A stretch of DNA of 64,000 nt, from the NCBI GenBank assembly GCA_051530055.1, contig CM121341.1:13680784-13744783 (forward strand), in the 5' to 3' direction. The notes below the pieces were generated by a model. It did not search any database, was not told the origin of the DNA, and saw nothing but the letters and a program-made list of their open reading frames with translations. Below are positions 12,318 through 26,221 of the stretch, piece by piece; position 1 is the stretch's first letter, and every line of letters begins with the position of its first letter. Origin of the DNA: Neoechinorhynchus agilis (Eukaryota; Animalia; Acanthocephala). The position numbers and the translations under genes are program-made.

Positions 12318-12743
12318 TCAGTACATCGCCTCGCTAACTTCATTATCATACACATCATCCGTCGGCTCTGGCTTAGTTGCGGTTACATTATTGGTGGCGT
12401 TTATCATGGGTGTTGATCTAATTTCACTGTGCTGATCTTCTCTTAGATTCAAATTTGGTTGGAGATTTGTGGAAAGTGGAGATCGCTTTTGGAATCGAAA
12501 GTCCAATTCATCGGCTGCTTGTCTTTCAAAATCAGGGTGGTCGAGGGTATACGAACCACGATGGCTGCTAATTTTATCCATCATTTTCCCCATTTCTAGT
12601 TGAGAAAGGTCGAGTAGTGCTTTACAAAGACCGAGTTCACCTGAGTAGCGTGTCTTTTTTAGCCCGAGAACTCTCGGCAAACGTGTCTACATTGTGTTTT
12701 GCTAATGGACCTGCAGCTGCGCATTCAAGAAAGGTGAATTCAT
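12318..12743 (-). CDS. Unknown protein, tentative 2-3 exon model (MNSPFLNAQLQ|TRLPRVLGLKKTRYS|EMGKMM...)
   Basis: ATG at 12743. GT-AG introns of 24 and 45 nt are phase-compatible with the 120-aa ORF. No recognisable domain. Confidence 0.4.
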
Positions 12744-14799
12744 GTAACGAAAGTTGAATTTTGACGTCTTTGGAAGACGAAAAAAGGAGTTTCCGTGAAT
12801 GCTAATAACTTACTGAATCATTTATTGTCTATTCTAATGCTAGTAATTAAATGACCTATTCTCATTTTCATGACATTAAATGCGTCTGAAGACACTAATA
12901 GGTATTCTCTCAACATGGCACGCTACAATAACAAATGGATACAAAAAAGAGTTAAAAGCGTTCTGATCGAAGAAAATATATTAAAATTCAATCAGGAAAC
13001 TGATGGATTAAGTTTCCTGAAAAATATTTCTTGGCATGGACTTTAGTTGAGATCCTGATCATTGCCTTCTTGTTTTAGGAGCAATCAACGAACCGTGAAA
13101 TGATCCCTGCGTGGCCAATCAAAATGCTATAGTATGACAACGTTTCTGAAACATAGACTAATGATTTTGATTTAAAAGAAAATTATTCGGATCTTATATT
13201 AATCTAAAAAGATATTTCATTGGTATATATGCCTACATAATATTTTTAAAAGCGGGAAAAAATTCGGCACTTTTGTATTATATGGACAACTCGGTAGCTT
13301 TCTGCAGCTCAGCTGTGCTGTAGCCCCTCCAAAAATCAGAAAGAAAATAAGGTGTGGTCGATATAATACCTAAGTACCAAAAATTCCTCAGGCTTTTATC
13401 TGAGAATTAAGAAGGATTTTCCGATTGCTCTTAAAGAATAGTCTAAGAATACATTGAGTATTAAAAAATGTTTCTAACTTCTGTCAATTGCACCCTTGGC
13501 CAGAGTCGCATTCTATTTTTTCCATTCAAGAACTTCATACTAACACAGATCTTCACACTTCCCTCAAATATTACCCCGTCTTTAAGGTTAGACGATTCTA
13601 ATAAGTTCTTAAAACGCAGAGCTACTGCTATTTTACTGAATTTCCTGATCTCCAACGGATTCTGCAGCATCTCATAGTTTGTGCATCGAGGTGGCTTAAA
13701 AGGTACCCATAGACATAATCGTGAACGATCTTGATAAATCCCAACGAAAATCTTTTTAAATGCGATGACTAGAATTTGGAATTGCATTCACACCCAATGA
13801 ACTTGAGGAAAGACCCAACCTGACAAACTCTCCTACATAAATAACCACCAACTTACCCGTAACCCCAAAAATAAACAATCACATTCAGGGAACCTATCAT
13901 TTGGTTTGATTGTTCATGAGAACCCAGAAGTACATGTGGATCCGCTGCTATTATTGAATAGATATTTTAGCGTAAACCAACGATCCAGTTGCATCATTGA
14001 TCTTTTAGTTGACATTCATCTAGAAGGTTAAGTGATCAAAGCAGCATTACTAAAGATTCTATTGCCGTATCCAGCTTTGTCTGAGTCGATAGAATAATCT
14101 ATGACGCAATCTGGGGCCTTCGCTGTGGAATTTAATGGCAAGAAATTGCATCTCGTAATAAGTAGACGCGTTAAATATCATTGATATCTATTATGGTTTA
14201 ATAGAGCAATTCTATAATATCTAAAAGCTTCATTCAAAGAAGCATTGTCCTAATATCTATCCGTAGCATTAGATGTGGTGATTGATAAGAACGTTTGTAA
14301 GCGCTTTCAATGGGGTTTTCAACCTTGTTTTATAACTGCGTTTTTGGGGTTTAAAAATCAAAAGTTACTCATCCACCAAAAATTAATAAAACATGGAAGA
14401 TAATTCAAAATAAAAGCGATTAGAAGTTTTCTACTTCGTTTGGGCGACTATTTGATTGATAAGTGCAGTGATCATTCGTGTTGATCACTTATTTCAGATT
14501 TAAAGTTGCAAATGTTGCTGGTTCCTTTTTACTTAACGCGAGAAAATTAAAAATAAACACAGTTAAAATCGCTTTTCTACGTGCTAACCGATATTTAACC
14601 ATTTTAAATCTGTCATTTTATTCTGGGAGCATTTATTAATGTCTCCTAGCTAGTTTGTTTTTCCTTACGATTGTTTAAATCTTAAGCTCGCCACGAGTAA
14701 ATATCGTTTGTGACGGCACTGATGTTTTGCCATCAAAGTCAACCTCAAAACCGCACCAAAATATTCCAGGATTTTTTAACCATTAAATTTTATTTGTTA

Positions 14800-14890
14800 A
14801 AGTACAAAACGTGCAATCGCCACCGTCCGCAAAATTGGAGCTTGTCTCCTTCCTCGGCTGTCGCTATCATGCTAGCAGCATTGCCTAGTA
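14800..14890 (-). mobile_element. CRE-like element 3' end fragment
   Basis: Near-identical to 24715-24800 (CAAAACGTGCAATC...CAAAATTGGAGCTT...CGGCTGTCGCTATCA...GCAGCATTGCCT). Confidence 0.8.
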
Positions 14891-17800
14891 ATTCTTAAAC
14901 TTAAAGATTCAAGATTCTGATCTATATTCCGTTACTTTTTAAGCAATTTTTTCAAACAACTAATGAAATATGGATATTAAAAATGTTCAACTCCATATTT
15001 CGCTAAGTTTTGAGATCTAACCGGAATGCATGGCACCTACCTAGTGCACATCAGTATTCATTTAAAAATAAATTGGCTTCAAAATTGCAACTGAAACAAT
15101 TCATATCGACGTCAAAATTTCTCCTCAGTTAAGTATTTCAAATCGTCTTTAGTGTAACTATAATTTTAATCTGGCTTTAAAAAAACGTTTTCAAGTACAA
15201 ATGTTTAGGTTTAGGATATCCTTCCTTCACGTTTGTAGGAATTCCGATATATTATACCGCCAACTTATCACCACAAAAGGGTAATAAAAGCTAAACACAC
15301 CTTTTGCCATATTATCTATGTGTAAGCTATGAATAATGTTTCTCAGTTAAGGGTTCAGAATACCCGATGCATTTGCTGGAAAGTCTTGAGTAAGTAAGGG
15401 ATTTCCTGGATTCGCTTTTATCACAGTTGTAAGAATTTAGACAATTCACAGTCTCAAAGAAATTCATAACGAAGGATTAATACTCTTTTTGCAAAGAAAT
15501 ACGATATTTTCCCATTTAAACTTACTTCTGCTATCTACTTTAATTAAAAAGTTTTTATTTGTTTCAAGAAATGTGATAACGGATTTGATGGTCAAATTAA
15601 AAAGAAAGATGCTAACGGAGGATAATACATAATGCGGCAGTTCTATCAGCCATAGAATTTCAATTAACAACACCATACTTTTCTTAATGGTTCCAGATCG
15701 AAATTTAAGAAAAACTATAGGCGTTTCTTTGGCTTCGTCGTATTTCTAAGAACTTAAACTTCGCATTCATCATCTGATTTCTTTAGACAATTCTGATAAC
15801 GTATTTTCAAAATATAGTGTTTTAATCGTAGAACTATTTTTTGATAGGCTCGTAGTAAATTTAAGGCGCGTCTTTTGGATTTCTTTTCACCGAGTTCAAA
15901 TTTGTCCTTTGTGTTAAAAATTTTGAGCGCTATCCTGTAGATTCAAAAATGGCAACATTATTGAAAAGTTGTCCGACAATCTCTTCGAATAACGGATTCT
16001 ATATACTATTATCACCATTTCAGAATAGCACTCGACTTCAGAATAATTTTTAGAATCTTAATTCGCCAGCATATCGATTTTAAAACTATTTTTGCTTTTG
16101 CGACCGTGACACATTGTATGTCATTCCGTCTAGCTATCAAGCGTAGTGGAAGTCCCAATACCGTCATAATGTTGATTGTTCAAAATACAATTAAAATTTC
16201 AATTGCGTAACATTTGAATGCAGTCAGTGTGCATTTGATTTGCACATTCTAAACTCGAGGTATGTCGTAACGATACCAATCACGTCTCTCAAAACACGTC
16301 TTAATCTTGCTAACAAAAGAGATTTAATTTAGCGGAGAATCCTAAGTAGTCAAAAAACGCTACACCAATATTTTCGGGTCGCTTCAAAAGCGTTTTCATT
16401 AACAATCGAATGTCTAATGATTTTTCAAACTCCAAAATTGAAATCAGGTTACTCTGGCAGTTCCTTAATTGATTTTATCACTCTTTCAAACACAAGAAAT
16501 GAAATTTAGCGCACTCTCTTTTGGTGCCATTCAGACACTTATTGTTCGCTCGTTTCAGTACCCGGGGTTAACATGGTTTGTTGAAACACTTTATCGAGGT
16601 TTTAATTCGGATCCGTCGCCTTTAGCAGAATGTTAAAAACTTTCTAATGCACAAATGGTGAGTCCATTATTTATCCCTAGTATCAGTTTCGACTAAGTGA
16701 ACTAAAGAAGTCTGCGTTACTCTTAAAAGGATCGAAAATATTTTCATTTAACTTTATTACCTTGTATTTCTTCCTTAAATTTTAAGAAAAAGCCTAGGTC
16801 TTAAAATCTGCAATGCTTTTGATGGCCTCTCACTTGTTACACGCGCGTAAAAGAAAACGGATAAAAGTTGTCCGTATTTTTTAATCGGCCATTACAAGAT
16901 TCCATCACGTTCTGCATTACCTTTGCGGTAAACAATCCATTAAGTATATTTTTGACTTTATTTGCATGAGATAGTTCTAGGACGAAATTCAACTTTCCCT
17001 TGCGACGTTCAACTTAATCGAATGGTTTAGCAAGTGAAACATTCCACGATATCGCACCACAAATGTCCATTTCCTCGCTTGCCGTGCGATTTAAAAATTT
17101 ACTGAACCACTTATACTGCCATTAGCATCCTCTCGGAGAACCGGAGAAATTTCTCAGACTATCATTATCACAGAATTTTCTATCTTACATGTCAAATTTT
17201 AATTTCTTCGCTTTGAATTTTTAGTGCAAACTTAAGGCAAGATAATAATTTCAATAGTTTCCCGCTGCGTGTTTTAAAAAGGCAAAACGACACTTAACCA
17301 TGTAAAATTTCGAATATGCTAGCTCAAGAATAAATGGCTTCTCGCTTAAAAATTGTATTACGAATACCCTGAGAGATTGATTTTTGTCGTAAATCTTCGT
17401 GTGTTTCTGAGTTGGGAATCGGAGTATTGTACAAATGTAATATTGAAGAGATTTTTCTACAACTCTAAAAAATACAAATAAAAGCTCAGTGAGTTCAATA
17501 TATTAGAGATTTCATCATAAAAATTAAATAGTACAGCGATTAATTTCCAAAGGATGATTTTTTACGAAATAGGATCACCGTAACTGAGAACAAATTACGG
17601 CTTTTGGACATACTTTTTTGAAGCAAAAATAGAAAGACGATTATTGAGTTCAATTTTTTGCTAAGTTTGCGTAATCAGGCAATTCGTCTAAGTAAAACTA
17701 CCATAGTTGGTTGACTTTTATGCGGGAACAAACCAACGATCCATTATGCGAAACTTCGTTAAACCGATGCAAATGTTTTCGTTGATTTGGTTTGCTTTAC

Positions 17801-18647
17801 GTAACAGCAACTTTGATCCATAAGTTCGCTCTGTACAACATTAACCCATTTGCTTAGAATAATGTCGTTTCAACGATGTAGTACTAAAATACCGTGTTTG
17901 CGTCAAGCATTTCCAGGTATTGGAAGCATTTTTCTCATGAGAAGTACAATGGCTTGCGTTCACGTTGTGCAATGCTTTAATGTCAAGGAAATTAGTTCTG
18001 AAACATAAGTCTTTATTTCATCTAATCAACTTTTAGAACTCTATTGATGATTATTAAACCTTTAAATTTTATCTTTACTGGCGTAGTTCAGCTCAATCAA
18101 TATTTTTCATCGATTATCGCAATGGTATAAGTGTTTATAACTATGACCTTGAAAATTTCTCAACGACAGCTAAGATCGTAGTTTAAAATCTTTTGAATGC
18201 TAAACAACGACTTAGGTATTTTTGAACACTTTGCGATAAGCGATTAAATTTACCGATTTTTTATTGCGCATGCGAAAACTCGTCAAAACTCTTAAAATTT
18301 TCCAATTAATTCCATCGGTGCTACAGTACGTTTTAAATTTCTAAATATTTGTTTTCTAAGTGTTCAATAAATAAGAAAAGATTTATATTTTCGCACGTGT
18401 CAACGTGCTGATTTTTCATATTCCGAGTGTTCTTTTTCGCAGTACATTTTGAAAAATGATTCATTTTTGCTGCATTAAGTTTCCTAATAACCCCACCTAT
18501 TCTTTTCATACAAAACAAGCTGAACTTCTCATAAAAAACTCTCTTTTGCCGTCGTGACAACTCATTTAGCCGACGCTTTCGTGCATTTGCATTGCGAGAA
18601 AGCCTCTTTCTTCGTGTAGAACCTTCGAACATTCAAATGCCTTTTAG

Positions 18648-20621
18648 ATGGACAGGTTAGAACTAGAGGACCGACGGGATAACGCTCGGTCATTTCTAAC
18701 CCCAAACAAATCCTTACCGAACAAAGCACAATGGGCCGAATATTGTGAAGTAGGAAATCAATTATTGATAATTGATAAACTGTGAATCTATAGGAGAAAA
18801 TCATTAGTTCCCCATTTGGACCTTTGAGCGTTATCATTCAAGGTAAAAAAGGACTCACGCCGATTTTGACACTTCACGACCTTGGAATGAACGGTAATTG
18901 CTACGTCACCTATACTTTAGACTCTTGTACTCTTTTAAGGACCTAGTCAATTTTTCAATTTCTTTGAACACGACGAGATGAGAAAAATAATGGAACATTT
19001 CTGTGCCTATCATATTACGGCACCGGGCCAACAGGAAGGTGCCAAAACAATCGCTTCCAGGTACCACTGCATTCTTACTTCCAGTCTAATTGATAAATTA
19101 GTGCGAAATATCCCAATGTTGATGAAATGGCCGACATTGTGGACTATGTTGTCGACAATCTCAAGTTGTATTTATTTGCTCGCCGCTTTCACAACCTTCT
19201 GCATCTTTAGACTTATGAGAGTTATTGGTTTCGGTGTAGGAGTGGGTGCTCACGTAATGGCTAAAACCGCTTTATTTTATCCGAACAAGTTCATCGCCTT
19301 AGTCGCCATAAATTGCGTCTGCACGCCTTGCGGATGGGGCGAATGGGCTAATGCGAAGGTATTTGCTGAATATATCATCTTCGTATTGAATTGAAATGCG
19401 AATCACAGTCTTATTCATGATCTGTTTGTAAGCTCATTCTGCTCAAGCTAAAATATCAGATATCCATCCTCATCTTTTCAAAGAACTAACATAAATATCA
19501 GTCTGATTTCACCATCCTTGCAACTCTTTAAAATATATTAGAATCTAGTCTGTTCGATTCAATCATCCCACCTTAGTAAACCGAAAGGGCGAATTGCCGT
19601 GGATTTATCCTAAATGTAACTACAAGTGATGGGAAATCTGTAAAGTACATAACAATCAATGCGTCTGGGACTTGGAAGTTATGATTGGCGACCTAAATTA
19701 GTATTCGAAATTAAGTCTTTTCAAAATTAGCAAACTCGATCCTACCGGAACAAGAAATGTAGCTCAAAAAGATTTTTTGCTTTGCACCTAAAAATTTAAA
19801 ACTTAAACGAAATTCTCGACTTTAGCTGACCGCATTTCATCTAAGAAACGGAGTATTAACTCAAAATGTTCTCAACACTTTAATCACGCATCACCTCGGC
19901 TACGTAAGTTAATCCACATGCAAATTCAATTATCAACTCGCGCTCCTGCAAAAAGGAATCTTCAAATTCACGAACTGATCTTGTGAACATTCTGACCAAC
20001 TACTTTAAAACGTATTTAAATCCTGTTAATTTTGTTAGACTACTGGAAATGTACACCGGGTATCGATTCTCATCTATAAGATCCTTAATCTCGCATACAT
20101 TTTTGTTACTTAGACGCAGTCAATTATCGATTGAACGAAACGAAGAAGACAGCCATGATTATCCAAACTTCTCTTGCAGTGTTATGAATGTGACAAGTGA
20201 TTCCTCGCCGTATCTCGACGATGCAGTCGAATTTAATGGTAGACTGGATCCTTCCAATTCCACTTTCATAAAAGTACACAATTTGTTTCTCATTTTAATT
20301 TAAGTGATCGACTTTTTAAGTTGGCCGAATGCGGTGGACTCATTCTGGAGGAGCAACCGGTACGTTTCACGGAGGCGTTTCTGTATTTTCTTCAAGGAAT
20401 GGGATACGGTAAGCCGATTGCAAATATGGTAATCCATTTTATCTTTTTAAAACTAAGTGTGCAATTTGAGCGTCTCTGCGAATGCGCTCGCATCTAGGAC
20501 TCATCAGAAAATAATCTCAGAACGACTAACTAAGGCGAGGTCAAAAACAATGTGCATGTCCCAACTAAGAGCAGGAATGCATTTGGAAGACGTACAGCCC
20601 GTCCAACCTAAAGAAGTTTAA
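18648..20621 (+). CDS. NDRG: NDRG-family alpha/beta-hydrolase-fold protein, multi-exon; all resolved introns are GT-AG
   Basis: ILTLHDLGMN, HFCAYHITAPGQQEGA, VIGFGVGVGA, LAECGGLILEEQP, FLYFLQGMGY. Introns include 18750-18793, 18894-18939, 19061-19101, 19165-19210, 20060-20113 and 20274-20320. One small exon in 19360-19845 is unresolved. Confidence 0.93.
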
Positions 20622-23146
20622 AATCTTATTGTTGTGTTAAAGCGATCAATTAATTGCCTTAAGTCGTCTTGTTTTGTTGATTGGTGTCTAGGCATTTTTT
20701 TGTTCATAAAATTTACACAAGGAAAAGCGCGATGATTTTCTTAAAGTGTAATAACACCTTTCTTTGTTAATTAACAAAGAATGGGACCCATGTACCTTTG
20801 GATCCTCATGAACACTCAAGTTCAGATCTGTTCAATGAATGCGGTTGTAAATTTTGGAGTGGATTACGGGGTTCGATCAGGTGAGAATAGCCGGTTAGCG
20901 ATATCCGTTCGGGTGAGGAATAACGGGAAATCTTCAATAGATTGAAGGGTGGGTAGAGTTATTCATTTGAGCTAAATATAGATCATAGAACGGTTTATGG
21001 TCTAACGATAAATTATTGAACCTTTTTAGTTTCCGAATATGTTTAACCATCAAGTCAGACTTGTAAGAAAATTTATTGCGAACCGCATTTTATGTTTTAC
21101 TAACAATTGTATAATAAATTTAAATTTTGCAAAGCCTCTAAATCTGCACGGTTGATTTTCCCCCACTCGCCGAATGCCTTCATAAATTTTTTAACATATG
21201 TCGTCCCCGTTTCAAATGAGTACAACACTCGTAATCCCAATTCACTTCATCCTCCTATATCTCGCACCCCATCTACCACCGCTCCATTTTCCATACTGCC
21301 CCCACTTTTCCACCCGTCAGTACCCGTAATCCACTCCAAAATAAACAGCCACATTTATTTAACATATCATTTGGTTCGATTGTTCATGAGAACCCAGAGG
21401 TGCACGGTCCCCGTGCTTTGTCAATTCAAGCGTCAACAAATAATGTTATTTGCGCTTTTGTATTCTCTCTGCATCGTTTGATATAAAAGAAGGCAATAAA
21501 AATTATTGTTTTATCGAAAGCCATGGCAACGCTTAATAGTTAAAAATAGTCGTCGCGATTTTATTCAGTTGTTTGTTCCTCCTATTAAATCCACGGGCGT
21601 TCTTGTAAGTCAAAGAAGCGATTAGGCAGAATACACACATATGTCTTATTAACTACTGGCCGTTTTACCCGGCGTTAGTCGGAGGAGCTTAATCGAGGAT
21701 AGATAATCAGTATTCTATGATCGAAGCATAATAAAAATGCGCAAAATAAACACATTCCAACTTTAACTATACTTTGATTAATTCAAAAATTGCTTCCGTT
21801 ATTATGCTCGGCATTATCATCAACAAACACTCCTTCGACGTCTTCGATTTCATTTGATTAGATGCAAGTATTCTGCCGATAAGGTCGATATGTTCGCAAA
21901 CAAACTTGAATGTCGTTCACCACCAAAGAAATAATCTAATCCAATTGGAATCGATTTTCACTACTAAATTTTCGTTTTCTGGATTATCTGCAATGCAATT
22001 ATTTTGCATTACTGAAATGATAAAGACGCTTTTTGACAGTTAATAAGCTGGATAGAGAAAAAAGGAGACCCCTCATCATCGATATTTCATTTTTTTATGG
22101 ATAATAATTACAAATAGATTTGAATACCAATTGGTTTGAGGATCGCGTCAAAATCCAAAGCAGATTTTTAAATGTCGATATATGATGTATCGGGTTATAT
22201 GATTAGACTTAATGTTTAGGTCTTCACCCGGTAAATAATTTTTCATTAAAAGCATTTCAAACCCCGTCGGGTTCATCAGACCTTAACAATAATCCTTTTT
22301 AAATTCCAAACCAAGCAAATGACCATCCGACGTCTTAATCCAAGATTTTTGGGGATCAAAATCGGTACTTTTTTCTCAAAAACTAAGGCGTGACCACCCG
22401 ACGAGTAAAATTATACGTCACGTGGTCCACCAACCCGTGACCACATAAGCGATCCTGTGACTAAGCGATGAATACGATAAAGAAATTTCAATATTTTGCG
22501 AGGTCAAAAGGCTACATCAATAACATTATTGCATATAACTCACGACTTGTATTCCATTCTTTTAAGTCATTTTACCACTTTGTTAAACGATTCATTAATA
22601 AGCTTAAGATGGACTAATTATCCGTCACCTTATTGTGAGTTTGACAAAATGCGACAATTTAAAGGTCAAATTGTGCTTGACGAAAAATCTCATCGTTATT
22701 TCAATTCGTCGTTGATGGGTTTACCATCTTAACGCTCTATATTATGAAACAGTACTTAGAATGTTTCCGTCATCTCGATTTAGTATCGTGTTTGGTTGTT
22801 TTGAAGTAACCGAACGGGTATTTATCCGCTCAACGCCGAACATCCTACATTTAACATATCCTACTCGATAAGAACACTCATGTAGATCCTAAACTATTTT
22901 GAACTAAAATATTAGCAGCCCCTAGTGAATGTTTCTGTTTTATAATTGAAAGTACATGCCCAACAAAGTGTAGGGTAATTAGCCTAAATTTTTGTTTGAG
23001 TGACTTGTCTGTTTCCGTCCTGTGACTCATGGAAACTAAATGGTAACTTTATTTAGTTTCATCAGTACAAAAACTACATCATAATTTTGAATGTGAGATT
23101 AATTGCATTGCGTAAACTGAAATATTTTATAGATTAAGCTATTGGA

Positions 23147-23722
23147 ATGCATAAGCCAAACGAAAATAATGAACAACGAGAACAAACCGTGAATAATGGA
23201 CTTCAACTCAGCGTAGGCATCGACGATGAAACGGAGAGATTACTGTCAGCAGCTCTCAATGGTCTGAGAATAGATACAAATCAGTCGCAAACCAAAGAAG
23301 ACTCGTTTTCAGTGAACCAGGAGGAGTTGGAAGCAAGAATGCAGCGTTTATCGATTTATGGAGTTCATGCGCCGGCACAACCGGTAACAACTGCAACTTC
23401 CCGTATGCCTACACTTGACGATGCTCAGATTCGCAGCTTAGAGAATATGCTTGATGGTTTAAAAATCGGAGAGAGGACTTGGCCGGAAGAGATAGAAGCA
23501 AAAATCATGGGTGCAGTTGCGGAAAAGATCAATAACGGATATCGACCCATATTCCAGCAATTAAGAGTAAATATTCCAGCTCCTTGTGATATGAAAATCT
23601 ACGATTGGGTCTGTAAAGTAGGTGAAAGTCTCGCTGATCGAGGTGCTCCCACGAGTTTTATTATTGAAGTTGAAAATGACGCCTACCGGACCTATGCGTT
23701 TTATTCATATTACAGGCCATAG
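23147..23722 (+). CDS. Orphan 191-aa protein, intronless
   Basis: Long isolated ORF in AT-rich surroundings with protein-like composition. No domain recognised. Confidence 0.55.
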   Translation: MHKPNENNEQREQTVNNGLQLSVGIDDETERLLSAALNGLRIDTNQSQTKEDSFSVNQEELEARMQRLSIYGVHAPAQPVTTATSRMPTLDDAQIRSLENMLDGLKIGERTWPEEIEAKIMGAVAEKINNGYRPIFQQLRVNIPAPCDMKIYDWVCKVGESLADRGAPTSFIIEVENDAYRTYAFYSYYRP

Positions 23723-24699
23723 AAACTCATTTGTTTTTTGGTCACACTTGTAATAGTTGAATACCGGAATAATGATGCCCTGGAATTTTGCACATTCTGG
23801 TCATTTTATTAAAATTGTTCAAAGTTTCGAAGTCTTATCAAGTGCGTTTGGTTATACAGAAGGGATATACTTTTGGACATCCATTTTTATTTCATGCGCC
23901 CTCATTTTCATTAATCAACGCTGATATATTAAATAGACAAAAACAATCGATTGATTATCTCCTTAATTAAAACAAATAATGAGGCGTTGTTTAACGAATT
24001 CGCTTTCCAAAAAATTATCGATTTGCATGACATTTCAGTACATGGGCAAATTTTGTAGCCCGGAAAAAGGAGACAAATTCTGAATTAGAGACTAAGACAA
24101 TTTTGCAGAAAATTAACGCACTCTAACGCTCTTTTTTCGTTAACGAAACTCGGAAATTGTGTTTATATACATCAAGAACGTTTCTACATCAATAACACAG
24201 AATTCAATGATATATTCCGATAAACATTATTTCCTAACTTGACTTTCTGTACTAACCAACATGCCAGAAAATTACCCTAAATTAACTATAAAATGAAGAA
24301 TTCCGAATTAGAGATAAAACTTGACTAGTCTAAATCTAACATAGCATTAAGCAATTCAAAGCAAATATTGATATTTAAAAATGGAAATGCTGCCTTTAGT
24401 TGCTAATTTTGCAATACATTAAAAATAAAACCAATTAGATCCCTAATTGGAGCATGTCCTTAAATCTGCTGTTCAGCCGAAATGGCGATTATAGAAGCGA
24501 TTCGAGGTTAATATCTTGATTTTAAAGCATACAATTAAAGCTCACAATTTTTCCATTGTGGGAAGAACATTTTTCAGAGTTTTTCTTTGCAACAAAAGTG
24601 AATCTTTCGAAGACATCGATTACCGAAGAAATATGTTTAAAACTAGGCAGGCGGTGTCTCTGCTTCAAAGATTTTTTCCCAAATTTCATAGTTGTTTTT

Positions 24700-26065
24700 C
24701 AATAATAAAGCACAAAACGTGCAATCACCACCGTCCGCAAAATTGGAGCTTCTCTCCTTTCTCGGCTGTCGCTATCACGCTAGCAGCATTGCCTCGTTGT
24801 ACTGCGAGCGAGATATTTTGTTGCAGGAATACACCTACTCATGCGTCGCCGGTCGTTTCTCTCAATTTCTTCGAGAGATCCTGGAGCAGAGTGAGTGCGG
24901 AGCTGCCAAGCGCTCCATACGTCTCTACTCCGAAGGGGACAAAATAGTGGGCCCTTGCTGACTCCCTATATTTTCGTACTTTCCTCCCTTCGGCTGCACT
25001 GGCTGCACCTCCAGCGATTTCGAGAGAGAGTAGGGAATGTTGCTTACTGTAAGGGTGTCCACACACGTGGCGTCCCAGAGAAGGCATTTGCCCTCCCGCC
25101 ACGGAAGGACCGAAATTCCGTCAGGTTGACGACCGTCTAGTCGACAAAGATGGGCGGGTTCCAAGATCTCAGAATGGCGTGAGAACCTTCCTCCTGACTT
25201 TCGGCAAACGAGACCGTGTCGCCGGAAAGCATCAACCAAAGGCCCACATCGACAGCCATAGGGCAGAGACCAAGTCTTAAGGACACTGCGATCCTCGTTA
25301 CCTCATCAGTAAGAAGAGTTCCCACAGATGCTAGAGGAACAGCCTCCTCCAACCACCCCATCGCGAGTACCTGAAAGTAGGGAGCTGTGAGCTCTCGCGA
25401 CGAGAGGTCTGTCCCAGATCGAATGCCTGTGGCCATTCACGGGAACATGGTTAGCGCCTCCCTGCTGGCACCATTCTTCAACTGCCACCACAGTCTTGGT
25501 CAAGACAAAACTTTTCCCTCAGAATTTGCTTCGCCATCGGTTGACTCCCCTCATACGATCCAAGAAAGGCCGGCAAGGTCTACTAGCGCCCGAATGCCCA
25601 ATCCCCCAGATGACGCGGGCAATGATGATTGTCGCCACGTCTCATCTGAGAGCTGGACATTTAAAATACGCTCGAGACAAGCCCTCACCTTGTTGTCGAG
25701 CTTAGCCAATCCTTCCTTATGTTTGAAGAATGTTGCTGTGCGGGATAAAGAGTGCGTTCTTTATCAGAAATAACGCTTCGCGAGCCGAGAGTGCGCAAAC
25801 CTTATCGCACAGCAACGAAAGTTTCGGTATGATACGGCCGATCTCAGCATACACATTTGAATCAAAGACGCAACTACCCAGGAGGGTGAGTTGCTCTGGA
25901 GTCACGAGTTTCAGACCTGGAGCTACGACCGCGAACCCATCCATTAGCTCCTTGACTTTGGCCTCATCTGAGAGCTGGGCATTTAAAATACGCTCGAGAC
26001 AAGTCCTCACCTTGTCGTCGAGCTTAGCCAATCCTTCATTATGTTTGAAGAATGTTGCTGTTCTC
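24700..26065 (-). mobile_element. Degenerate CRE-like non-LTR element (RT C-terminus, zinc knuckle remnant, REL endonuclease) with an internal ~96-bp direct duplication
   Basis: [45 protein letters not shown]...[20 protein letters not shown]. ~25642-25739 is repeated at ~25964-26061. Confidence 0.9.
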
Positions 26066-26221
26066 GCAGTTCACTTAAAAGTTTAATGTCGTAAATTAAT
26101 GCTTCAATCGATTGTGATCACCTTCATAAATCTCAAAGCACCCGAAACCAAAACGTATAGATCGATAGAATTTTTAAAATACGTTACTCAAACAGTTAAT
26201 CTTAAATTTTCCCTGCCGTTT

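Noticed and set aside
13000-18600. Short ORFs in a long AT-rich stretch
   Set aside because: No motifs or splice-compatible models; treated as non-coding or unrecognisable relics.
22385-22470. Clustered GTGACCAC-like motifs
   Set aside because: Could be regulatory, but too short and degenerate to support a call.
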